Positions 25,658-38,252 of a DNA stretch of 64,000 nucleotides are shown piece by piece. The translations under genes and the position numbers were made by a program. This stretch comes from Octopus sinensis. Taxonomy: Eukaryota. Location of the stretch: positions 6,076,001 through 6,140,000 of the forward strand of contig NC_043017.1 in NCBI RefSeq assembly GCF_006345805.1, written 5' to 3'. The notes below the pieces were generated by a model. The model was not told where the DNA came from. It searched no databases and saw nothing but the letters and a program-made list of their open reading frames with translations. Positions within the stretch are counted from its first letter, which is position 1. Each line of letters opens with the position of its first letter.

Positions 25658-25815
25658 GTACTACTCATTTTTGCCAGCTGAGTGGAGCTGAATAACATGA
25701 AATAAAGTATCTTGCTTAAGAACACAATGCATTGCCAAGAATTGAACTCACAAACTTATGACCGTTAGCCAAACACTCTAATCACTAAGACATGCATTCG
25801 CATGCACACGCAACA

Positions 25816-26560
25816 CAGTCCTGGTCAAAAGTTGAGCCCAACATGTCAATGCAAATATGATACATTTTAGTGTCGTATATATCTTTCAATTTGAATAGGA
25901 TATTTTTCGCCAAACGCTACAATATTTCCTCCATTTGATTTTTATAGGATTTTTACGAGAAAAACATGTTTTACAAAGTTGCATATAAACTTTTATGAAG
26001 AGAAATGAAACTGAAAATTTCCAGTTTTTAATCTTTTATTGTCAAGGAACAATACCTCAGGTATGATAAAAGAGATTAAAATTATATGTAAAAGAGTTTG
26101 GATGACAGAGTTGTATTGAATTGGTCTTGATAATATAATGTTCTAAAAAACAGTCTTTAAAATGTCAAGAAGTGTATTTTTAGGTTTCTCGTAAATGGAA
26201 GTGTTTAAATCAAACTTTGTGCGTAAATATCTCTAATTATAACTTGAATAGCTGGATTAAGTCATGTTTCTTTTATGTTAGATATACCTTCAAAGCAAAA
26301 GAAACTTCACGCTGGTGTGATTAATAAATTTAAAATGGATTCTTTGTGAAGGAGACACAAAATATTCGGAAATTCGGAAAATACTGGAGAAGAAAATATT
26401 TTTATTTCTCTTACTACAATAAAGAGAATGAGCCTACACCTTCAGAAAATTGGTTCAACTGCAAGAATGAAAGGATTTGGCAGTTCGAGAAGTACTGTAA
26501 GTACTGCTGAAAACAAGACTGTTTCCAGAAGGACAATTACAAAGTTACAATATGTTGGTT
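25816..26560 (+). mobile_element. Decayed Tc1-like DNA transposon, left part
   Basis: Starts CAGTCCTGGTCAAAAGT (Tc1-like terminus). 26440-26520 translates LQKIGSTARMKGFGSSRSTVSTAENK, similar to the GSGRPR linker region. No right TIR found. Confidence 0.45.
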
Positions 26561-28705
26561 TTGCCCCTAGATTGCAGCCTTGAGTTCATATTTGAGTTCC
26601 AGAGCGAATGTTTGGTTTGTACTGGGTTTGAACTTGTGAGAAGGAACATTGCCAAATTGGGGAGGCTGTGAAGCATAATTGAATCAATATAGACATTTCT
26701 TGGTGCAAAAATTAAAAAATATAACAAAAAGGAAGAACTAGCTCATAGTTTGCCCAAAACACAGGGAGACTCAAAGAAGCTGAAGGCACTTGCTCGTTTA
26801 TATTCATTTGCATATTCTTGTACTTGTAATATTTGATGAAGTAATTACTGGAAAAATTGCTTTTGAAATGAGTTACTGTGTTTCTGCCCAAGAGCATATG
26901 TCTAATATCTATAAGATATGTATAATACGCATGTGGTAAGTGGCTTGCTTACCAACCACATTGTTCCAGGTTCAGTCCCTCTGCATGGCATCTTGCCATG
27001 TGGGTGGATTTGGTAGATGGAAACTAAAAGAAGCCTATCATATATATGTGTGTGTGTGTGTGTGTGTGGTGTGTGTGTGTGTGTGTGTTTGTGTCTGTGT
27101 TTGTCCTCCACTATCCCTTGACACATGATGTTGGCATGTCTATATCCCCATAACTTAGTGGTTCAGCAAAAGAGACCGATGGAGTAAGTACTAGGCTTAC
27201 AAAGAATAAGTCTTGGGGTCGATTTGTTCAACTAAAGGTGGTGCTCTAGCATGGCCAAAGTCAAATGACAGAAACAAATAAAAGAATAAATGCATTGGCT
27301 ATGATAATTAGCATTAGGTGCAGGCATGGCTGTGTGGTAAGAAGTCTGCTTCCCAAACGCAGGGTTCCAGGTTCAGTACCATTGTGCAACTGTGTACCAC
27401 ACTGGGCAAGTAACTTCAAGTATAGCCTTGGGCCAAGCAATGCCTTGTGAGTGGATTTGGTAGACAGAAACTGAGAGAAGCTTGTCATTTACATATATGT
27501 TGGAAAATATCTACCCCCAAAAATTCCATCTGACTTATGCTATCAATAAAGTAGACATTAAAATAATGACGATTTGTGATAACTATAATGTCTGCATTTT
27601 TTGTTTAGCTCTGATTTATCAAATTTATGATGTTAGGGATTACAGCCATGTCCCTGCCATTTGTTATTCTATACAATATATGAAGAAGACATTACACATG
27701 AGAGACAACAACCTTTTGTATATGCTTCATATTGTACTTGTTTATCAGAAGAAAATGGTTACAATTCTGGTGAACTGATTTAGTCAAATACATGACAAAT
27801 GGTATTTTTATTTGATCAACATTGTTATGAATGAATGGTAACATTGACCCCTGTAGAAATTGAACTTAGAACCTAGAGAGATTAACTAAATACCGCAACC
27901 CATTAATTCTGGTTTTCTACTGATATAGATCTCCAATATCCTAAAGTATTAGATTTACAGTATAATGTTGTATCCTCTAGTGTCATGTAAAATGCTAGAA
28001 ATGGCAACTGAATTTCCCTCAGATCCCACTTAACAGAAATGAAAAAAAAAATAGATACATTAAGCAGTGTAGTCATTTATATAAAATAAAAAAATAATAA
28101 ATATGCCCTTTTAAAGCCTACCCAGGCTCATGGGCCCAGTTTCCTCGTTTCAATGGTGTATGTGTTCCCCCAGCTGAACAGGATGCCAGTCCATTGCAGC
28201 GTTACTCATTTTTGCCAGCTGAGTGGACTGGAGCAACGTGAAACGAAGTTTTTTGCTCAAGAACACAACGCGTCGCTCGGTCCAGGAATCAAAACCACAA
28301 TCTTACGATCATGATGCTGACACCATAACCACTAAGTCCCATGCCTCCACAAAGTATCAGATTTACAGTGCCCTCTGGAGTCATGTGAAATGCTAGAAAT
28401 AGCAACTAAATTTCCCTCAAATCCCACTTAACAGAAATGAAAAAGAATAAATACATTAAACAGTGTAGTCTTTTATATACGATACAAAATTCTTTCCTTG
28501 TTATGGTTGACCTAGGGTTAAACAACAGCACATATTTGTGTTTATCTCTAACACATGATATATTTTGCTTTCATTTAATTTAATGTAACTAAAAGTAAAT
28601 CCTATTTCATTTTTTACTAATTAAAAAGTATTAAAATGAAATGAAATGAAAATTAGTCTGTTGCATCATATTTATGTGTGTATCTTGGGTATCTGTCACT
28701 CAGCA

Positions 28706-28758
<53 letters not shown>

Positions 28759-28887
28759 TGTGTCTCTGTACATATGTTTATGATATATGAATATCTACAT
28801 GACATGTGTTTATAAATATCATATATTATGTATTTATTTATACACACACACACATATATATCCATTATGTGTGTGTGTGGGGGGGGA

Positions 28888-29006
<119 letters not shown>

Positions 29007-29172
29007 TAGATAGATAGATAGATAGAAGTATATATGTATATCTGTGTTTGTGTGGAACGATATATATATCTCATTCTGTTAATTTATAGATGTATATATA
29101 TATATATAGATATATATATAGAGGGAGAGAGAGTGAGAGTGAGTGACTGAGAGACAGTGAAAGAGGTTTATA

Positions 29173-29205
<33 letters not shown>

Positions 29206-29791
29206 TGAAGGATAGATATGAATTTTTATGTATATACATATACACGCTCACGCATATATACATTAAAGTTTGACATTTTCCTGATACAAAATATTCTTGG
29301 CATGTTCTTAGTTTCTCTTTGTCTAAAACACAGAACAAGCCTAAGGGAGAAATAATTCCTACATGATTTTTAATAGAAAAATTTGAAATGTTTTCACTTT
29401 TCAATTTTTAAAGATAAACTAGATTTTTTTCACCCCCGTTAACATAAGCTTTTTACATTGTTTGCTTAAATATTAAACAAAATAGTATAAATGAAAAAAC
29501 AAATCAAATTAATTAATTAATTAAGTCATAACATGTATTATTTTAGGTATAACTTTCAACATTTTCTCTGCTTTGATCGAGTGAGAGAGTTCAAAGACGA
29601 AAGTAAAATCAGGTGGAAATTCAATATAGATTTTCATATCTACGAGAATAATTCATCTGCAAATATTATTAAAATATGTTAAGAATATAATTAGAATTCT
29701 TGATGGTTGGGTGAATAACTTGTAATAGTTAATAGATGCAACTATATCATGGTAGAGTCATTGTGCCATTAAATATGCGCATGCACAGTTA

Positions 29792-30008
29792 CAAGGGGCT
29801 GGTGAAAAGTTCCTGGCTTTAAGGGTATCGGGAAAGGCCTGGCTGGTGGCCCAAACTTCCGAGTTCTTTTACAGGGCTTAGAAAAACTGAAGGACTGCTG
29901 CAATAAGTGTGAGAATCTGAGAGGGGAATATGTTGAATAAAATCATAATTAACTGAACCTCCTATATTTTCTGTTACCGAAAGCCAGGAACTTTCCAACA
30001 TCCCCTCA
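29792..30008 (+). mobile_element. Mariner-derived MITE
   Basis: TIRs CAAGGGGCTGGTGAAAAGTTCCTGGCTTT and AAAGCCAGGAACTTTCCAACATCCCCTCA, TA flanks, internal GLEKLKDCCNKCENLRGEYVE*. Confidence 0.85.
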
Positions 30009-30023
30009 TATATATATATATAT

Positions 30024-30227
30024 AGTCGCCAAAGATAGATCGTTAGCCACTACACACATTTTTTTCTCTCCTTGTTTCTCACCTTGTTTTTTTCTGTGTC
30101 CCTTTCTGTAGAAGAGTGTAGGCTCGAAACATAAAAGACTTTTTCTATTCCTGAGCGTTATACTAATACATCTGTTTGTTTTGTACACCACCTGTCTTCG
30201 TCTTTTGTTTTTTTCGTAAACTCTCCC

Positions 30228-30230
<3 letters not shown>
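30024..30230 (+). mobile_element. Penelope-like terminal fragment in (TA)n, CUGUAGA family
   Basis: Near-identical to 31292-31475. Motif CTTT-CTGTAGA-AGAGT-GTAG-GCTC-GAAA-CA-TA-AAAG at 30102-30137; ends CTCTCCC(TA)n. Confidence 0.7.
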
Positions 30231-30283
<53 letters not shown>

Positions 30284-31471
30284 CTAGGCATAATTTTCAT
30301 AAACTACAAAATATAGGTATCCATGCTGCCACACTTGAAACGTACCTGTTATAACTCTTTATCATGATTTGAATGTACACGAAGGTATTTGGAATGCCTG
30401 AACTTGCGTCTGCAAATGTGCTAAACACTGATGCTGACCATAGTTTAATCAATAAATGTAGGGACAAGGTAAAAGCAAAAAAAATAGGGAGGTCAGTGGG
30501 GTACCATTTAAGCGACCCTTCAGAAATTGAACCTCCTTATGATACTCCCTAGGAGTCTATGGTATGAAATTCATTGTCATTGCTCCGATTTGGTCACCAA
30601 TGCCATGTATTGAGTTTAAAATGCAGTAAAAATAGGGGTTCAGTGGAGCCCCAATTAGGTGGCCCTTAATGTGTAGACCCCCTTAGGGCATTCTCTGGGA
30701 TTAGGGGAGTTGCAAATTTATTATAAGATTTAGTGCTTTTACTTTATTGTTAGCTTGTAACGCATGTGCGAATTGCAGATGTAAGTGTGACTGTTCGGTT
30801 AAGAAGCTTGTATCACAACTATGTCATCTCAGGTTCAGTCCCACTAGGCAAGCTTCATCTACTATAGTCCTGGGCCAACCTAAACTTTGTGATTGGATTT
30901 GGTAAACAGAAACTGAAAGAAGCCTATCATGTTTATACTAGAGCCACATACAAAGCACCTGTGCTGGTGCCTTGTAAGAAGCACCCAGTACAGTCTGTAA
31001 AGTGGTTGGTGCTGGGAAGGGCATCTAGCCATAAAAACTTTTGTTGGCCTGAAACTACAGTAGAAAACACTTTCCCAAGGTGCCATGCAGTGTGACTGAA
31101 CCTGGAACCATTTGGTTGGAAAGCAAAATATGTTGATATTATTTATTCACCATTACATATGTTTCGTTTGCTAATTGGAATTACAAAATTGTATGTGTTG
31201 GATAAACATGTAATAGATTCCCTGTTAGAAATTATTCTGACAGAGAATAAAATTTTGGAGCACAGGAATATGCAGATGTCCTGACCAAAGGGCTAGCCAC
31301 TACACACATTTTTTCTCTCCTTTTTTCTCTCCTTGTTTTTCTGTGTCCCTTTCTGTAGAAAAGCGTAGGCTCGAAACATAAAAGACTTTTTCTATTCCTG
31401 AGAGTTATACTAATACATCTGTTTGTTTTGTACACCACCTGTCTTCATTCTTTGTTTTTTTCATAAACTCT

Positions 31472-31545
<74 letters not shown>

Positions 31546-31550
<5 letters not shown>

Positions 31551-31880
31551 TATTAATTAGAGACAAGTATTATGCAAATCAAACAAAGAAATTTAATATA
31601 AATTAAATAAATTCACCACTCAATTTTAAAATTGAATAGAAGATCTGAATACCACCTGATGAATGTCCTTAGAAGAGACACGAAACAATTGTAGTGGCGA
31701 ATTTAATTTTATTTAATTTACATTAAATTTTTTATGTATTGGATTAAGTCTTTCTTTGTTTGATTTGCATAATAGTGGTTTTGTCTCTAATTAATATTAT
31801 ATAATATTTTACTATAAAATTGGATTCAGTCCTAAATCTGATTTTTCCGTGTAAATTTGGATTTATTCCCTAATATTTAT
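31546..31880 (+). mobile_element. Penelope-like inverted-arm element with hammerhead (31652-31697)
   Basis: 31546-31625 is an inverted partial copy of 31686-31803. Motif CCAC-CTGATGA-ATGTC-cttagaaga-GACAC-GAAA-CAATTG-TA-GTGG. (TA)n on both sides. Confidence 0.75.
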
Positions 31881-31898
31881 TATATATATATATATATA

Positions 31899-32342
31899 TA
31901 GCAAGAAGAAAATGGAGGGAATCAAAAGGTAGTATTTATCAGATGTTAGACATTATATTGTCTAATTATTTATCTTAAAAAGTTCGGATAATATATAAAT
32001 ACACATGTAAAGTAACAGTAATTTCTTCTTTCTCTATTCTAGAAATTACTGGTACTTTACACATGTATTTATATATTATCTGAACTGTTTAAAACAAATA
32101 AATAGACATAAAATAATGTCTAACAGCTAATGAATACTACCTCTGGATTCCCTCCATTTTCTTCTTGCCATATAAATTGAGGGTATAACCACTTATTACC
32201 TTCACCTAATTATTATACTCAGTAGGATAATTGCCATGCAATAACCGACACTTGTGTATTAATTAGGTATTCTACCAGCAGTATATTGGATAGATACTAT
32301 CCCTTAGTTGGTTGGTTTCACAACCTCTAACTCTCTTTGAAT

Positions 32343-32345
<3 letters not shown>
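31899..32345 (+). mobile_element. Inverted-arm element in (TA)n, no ribozyme core seen
   Basis: 31899-32027 is the reverse complement of 32041-32172, followed by a unique 3' extension. Confidence 0.65.
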
Positions 32346-32373
<28 letters not shown>

Positions 32374-32464
32374 ATATATATAAAATTAAATAAGGGTAGA
32401 AATTGATATTTTCGGTTGAGCATTCTGTATCTAGTTCTGGAAATTGTATTTTATAAACGACAGA

Positions 32465-32539
32465 CTATGCTGATGATCTTGCAGATGTTTACGTATCCAT
32501 ATACGTAAATATTAACAAGTGAAACTAATTAGTACATAG
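32465..32539 (+). ncRNA. Type I hammerhead ribozyme motif
   Basis: CTATG-CTGATGA-TCTTG-cag-ATGTTTACGTAT-ccat-ATACGTAAATAT-taa-CAAGT-GAAA-CTAATTAG-TA-CATAG. 5-bp stem I, long stem II, palindromic stem III. Confidence 0.78.
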
Positions 32540-33289
32540 GCAATCGTTTTTTATTTCATATATTTTCATTTGTCTTGCTTATTTTTACACTTTGGTTTTT
32601 TGCTGAGCTTCTTCTTGAGAACACATTCTTCGTGGAAAATAGCGATTTTGACGTCTATATCTAGCATATAGACTGTCCGCTTTTAGTGGTCAGTCCTATA
32701 AATTTTGTAAATATATATATATATGAAATGTAAAAGAATAGGGGCTTTCAGTTTGGGTAGGTACCTTACATGTGCTTTAGTATAATCCAGATTCACTTCA
32801 AAAGTTCACCATGGTAACACCTTGAAAAATGCTTCATGGATATGTATAACCTGGACAAACTTATAATGCAGTTGAACCATCAGGGTGCAATTAGATGCCA
32901 CATCTCAGGATAACTATGCAGCGGAAACCTGTGTCGGACAGAGATTTAAACTGAATGCATTGCATACAATGCTATATTGAACAAGCTTTTGAGGATGTAA
33001 AATTCTCCATTCTTATTTTTTACTCATATTTATGTGCATATATATATGTGTGTGTGTGTATGAATATATACGTGTATTTTTGTCATAGTGAAAAGTAAAT
33101 AAATAGTTTAGTTCAGGTGAATAAAGGATATTTTGTATAAATTCCTTTGTGTATTGCTGTGACATAACTCAATTTAAAACAAGCCATGAAGTACATAAAT
33201 ACTTTAGTCTCGGTAAATAAAGACGATACAGTTTTATGTTTCATAAATTCTACATCATGTCACCACTGCTGTCATATATGTTGGTGAAT

Positions 33290-34165
<876 letters not shown>

Positions 34166-34549
34166 GTAAGTGTTTTCCGTCTGCGTTCCTCTCTTCTCCC
34201 CCTCCCCTCCCCCCCAAATGAACAGTGAACCAGTGAACAAATCGTTTGTTTAGGTTTACATGTTAAGTCTTTATTTATGGTCAAATACGCAGTCGAGTTG
34301 CTCTGCTGTAAACAGGACTTGAACCATGAAATTAACCACGCTTCACTAAGCACCGCAAACACCACACCAGACCATCACCCCCGCCCCGCCTCCCCCCATA
34401 TATATATATCTCTCACCTCAAATCTCTCTCTCTCTCTCTCTCTCTCCACTTTGTCCATTGTATCTCTGTATTCTGGAAAGGAAAGAATTGGGTTTGTTTC
34501 ACCAATATATAATAAGTTTACGCATAATGGTGGATATGGTTGCATTTGC

Positions 34550-35130
34550 GGGTGGTGGTGGTGGTGGTGGTTGTGGTGGTGGTGGTGGCAGCAATGGTGT
34601 TGGAATTGGTGATGGTGGTGGTGGTGGCCACGGAATTCTTGGGGAGTGGGGATGTTGGTGGTGGCATTAGTAGTGGTGGTATTCCAGGTGGTGGTGGTGG
34701 TGGTATTCGTGGTGGCAGTGTTGGTGGTAGTGGCAGCGGCTGAGGTGTCTTGTGGTGGTAGTGGTGTTGGTACTTGTAGTGGTGCTAGTGGTGGAGTTTG
34801 TAATGATGGTGGTGGCGATGGTGTTTAGTATTGGTGGTGGTGGTTGTGATGGTGATGGTAATAATGGTAGTGGTTGTGATGGTGGTGGTGGTGATGATTG
34901 TCATTGTGTTGGTGATGGTAACAATGATAATTGTTGTGTTGATGGTTGCATTGGTGGTGGTGGTGGTGGTTGTAGTGCTGATGGTTGTAGTGTCGATAGT
35001 GGTGGTGGTGATGGGAATCATGGTAGTGGTCGTGATGGTGGCTGTGGGGCTGGTGGTGGTGGCGGTTGTGCTGATGTATAGAAACGGTGACGATGGTGGT
35101 GGTGGTAGTGGCAGTGGTAGCGGTAGTTTT
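34550..35130. repeat. Degenerate (GGT)n microsatellite
   Basis: Direct reading. Confidence 0.95.
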
Positions 35131-35479
35131 GGTACAACAATACCAATACCGAAGTGTGTGGTGAAAGAAAAATGTGCAGATTTCTAATAGAAAACAGACA
35201 AATGTGGAAGTAGCTTTTGACTATTTTATCTTGATAAAGCGTGGATTTACAAGACAGAAATCAAGGAGAAGAATAAGAACAACAACAACATATCCTGAAT
35301 GCTTTGAGTCTTGTGATGCTGCTGCTACTGGCATGGTTCTTCTTGTTGCTGCTGCTGCTATTGTTGTTGTTGTTGTTGTTGTTATTGTTGTTGTTGCCGT
35401 TGCTCGGTTCTTTTCTGCAATAATCATCATGTAACTGATTGAAATTAGTTAACTTCACTAGTTAGATATCATCTGTCGA

Positions 35480-35772
35480 AAGAGAGAGAGAGAGACTGAG
35501 AGAGAGAGAGAGAGAGTGAGAGAGAGACTGAGAGAGAGAGAGAGGGAGAGACTGAGAGAGAGACAGACTGAGAGAGAGAGGGAGAAACAGAGAGAGAGAG
35601 AAACTGAGAGAGAGAGAGAGAGGGAGAAACTGAGAGAGAGAGAGAGAGAGGGAGAAACTGAGAGAGAGAGAGAGAAACTGAGAGAAAGAGAGAGAGACAC
35701 TGAGAGAGAGAGAGGGAGAGAAACTGAGAGAGAGAGACAGACAGACAGAGGCAGAGAGAGACAGACAGAGAG
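35480..35772. repeat. (GA)n microsatellite with higher-order CTGAGAGAG unit
   Basis: Direct reading. Confidence 0.95.
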
Positions 35773-36069
35773 TCATCCATGCCGGCTCTCCTGCCTCTCT
35801 CTCCTCTCCCCGTGCATATTGTTCCGCAGTCGTTCCCCTTCTCTAACTCTGTTAGATCACACCTAACTAACCAACACTTGCTAATGGCACACACAATAAC
35901 CAAATAAATGCTAAAATTACATTGCTCTCAACAACATACTTCTTTGAGTAACGCAATGTTGTCAATAAATTCGTTTAGCATTTCGTTTTATCTCTTATGA
36001 AATCTTTTTCTTGTATAATAGAGTACGAACCAGTATTACGGAGCTAATGCTTGACTATATTTCTTATAA

Positions 36070-36888
36070 CGTCTATATATATATATATATGTGTGTGTGT
36101 ATATGTATAAGCATAGACATATGTATATGTTATATAGATATACACATACACACACACACATATATATATATAGACATAAACATACATATACATGTATATG
36201 TAGTACATATGTGTATATATATATATGTATACATATATACATACACGTATATACATATACACATACACATATATACATATATATATAAATATATATATAT
36301 TTATATAGGCACATATATATATATAAACATATATATATATATACATATATATAAACATATATATACTTATAAATACATATATACAAATACACATATACTT
36401 ATACATACACACATGCACACACACATACTCAAGTTTCATGTTCTGCACTAATATGTAATGAGATATGGCTAATGTGATACTATAATTTCCTCTTCACACA
36501 CACATATATATATGTATATATATATATGTATATATATGTATGTATATATATATGTCTATATATATATGTGTATGTATGTATGTATATATATATATGTCTA
36601 TATATATGTGTATGTATGTATGTATAAATATATATGCTGTATATATCTATATATATATATATATATATTATAATATATATATATATATATGTATGTATGT
36701 TATATACATACTTACATCTCTATTTCTATATCATAGATATTTCTCATTATATAACACCACATAGAAACTATGAATATATATAAAAGACATTTCTATACTA
36801 GTTCCGTATTCTTTCATTGTAACATCTTTTTCTTTCTTTTTTGTTTTATTCTCGACTGTTTTCCTTTATTGGTTTGTTTATTATTTTC

Positions 36889-36931
<43 letters not shown>

Positions 36932-36967
36932 TATATATATATTTATATATAATATATATATATATAT

Positions 36968-37031
<64 letters not shown>

Positions 37032-37040
37032 TTATATATA

Positions 37041-37088
<48 letters not shown>

Positions 37089-37105
37089 TTATATATATAT
37101 ATATT

Positions 37106-37137
<32 letters not shown>

Positions 37138-37200
37138 ATATATATATACATATATATATATATATTTATATATATATATATTTATATATATATATATATA
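36070..37200. repeat. (TA)n-dominated microsatellite block
   Basis: Direct reading. Confidence 0.9.
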
Positions 37201-37348
37201 ATTTTTTCAAATTGCAATTTATTAGGGTAAAATTGTAGTTTTATTTTGTTTTTTTTGTTTTTTCTTTTGTTTAGCAGCTGTTTATCTCCCCTTTTGTTTC
37301 AGGTAAATCTGAGGGTTAACCTTATTAATCCCGAGGGTTAACCTTATT

Positions 37349-37794
37349 AACCAACCCAGCTGAAACTGCCTCTGGTTCTGTAGTACAAATGTCTTGTTTT
37401 TCACCAAACCTTAGTCACAATTTATGTTCTTAACACTAGCTTAATGATAACTAAGTTATTTTAGTAAATTCTTTGTTATATTTAAAAGTAATTGAAAGAA
37501 ACACAGAGCATCTCAACAGAAATATGGTAACAAAAGGGTTAAACAATATATAATAGAGAAACAATTCTTAATCCTTTTGATACAAACCCGGCTGAAACCA
37601 GCTATGGCTCTGTATTACAAATGTTTTGTTTTCATAAGTTCTGAATTAAAATCTTCCACCAAATCTTAGCCACAATTTATGTTCCTAACACTAGCTTAAT
37701 GAATACTAAGTTATTTTACTAAATTCTTTGTTATATTTTCAAATTAATTGAAAGAAACACAGAAAATCTCAAAATAAATAGAGTAACAAAAGGG
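37349..37794. mobile_element. Two tandem copies of a piggyBac-type MITE (about 37349-37538 and 37572-37794)
   Basis: Second copy is TTAA-TCCTTTTGATAC...GTAACAAAAGGG-TTAA (TTAA target duplication, short TIRs). First copy shares the body and right end. Confidence 0.75.
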
Positions 37795-38220
37795 TTAAAT
37801 GATTTCTTGTATACCTTCATGTGCTATTCCTAAATATATCAGCAATCACCTTACCTGTTCACCTTACCTATTTCTTTACAACCCACAAGGGGCTAAACAC
37901 AGAGGGGACAAACAAGGACAGACAAACAGATTAAGTCGGTTACATCGACCCCAGTGCGTAACTGGTACTTAATTTATCGACCCCGAAAGAATGAAAGGCA
38001 AAGTCGACCTCGGCGGAATTTGAATTCAGAATGTAACGGCAGACAAAATACCGCTAAGCATTTCACCTGGTGTGCTAACGTTTCTGCCAGCTCATTTTCT
38101 GCAAGCACCAAGGTCCTAGATTTGCTTTCCACTGCATGACACCCTTTCCCATAGAATTAGGGTCACTATCGTTTTATGAGAGTCATTTAGTAGCTAAAAG
38201 CTGAGTAGAGGCCAGATGCT

Positions 38221-38252
<32 letters not shown>

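Noticed and set aside
30440-30730. Possible Helitron/Helentron-like non-autonomous element with an internal ~40-bp repeat
   Set aside because: Termini and subterminal hairpin could not be identified with confidence.
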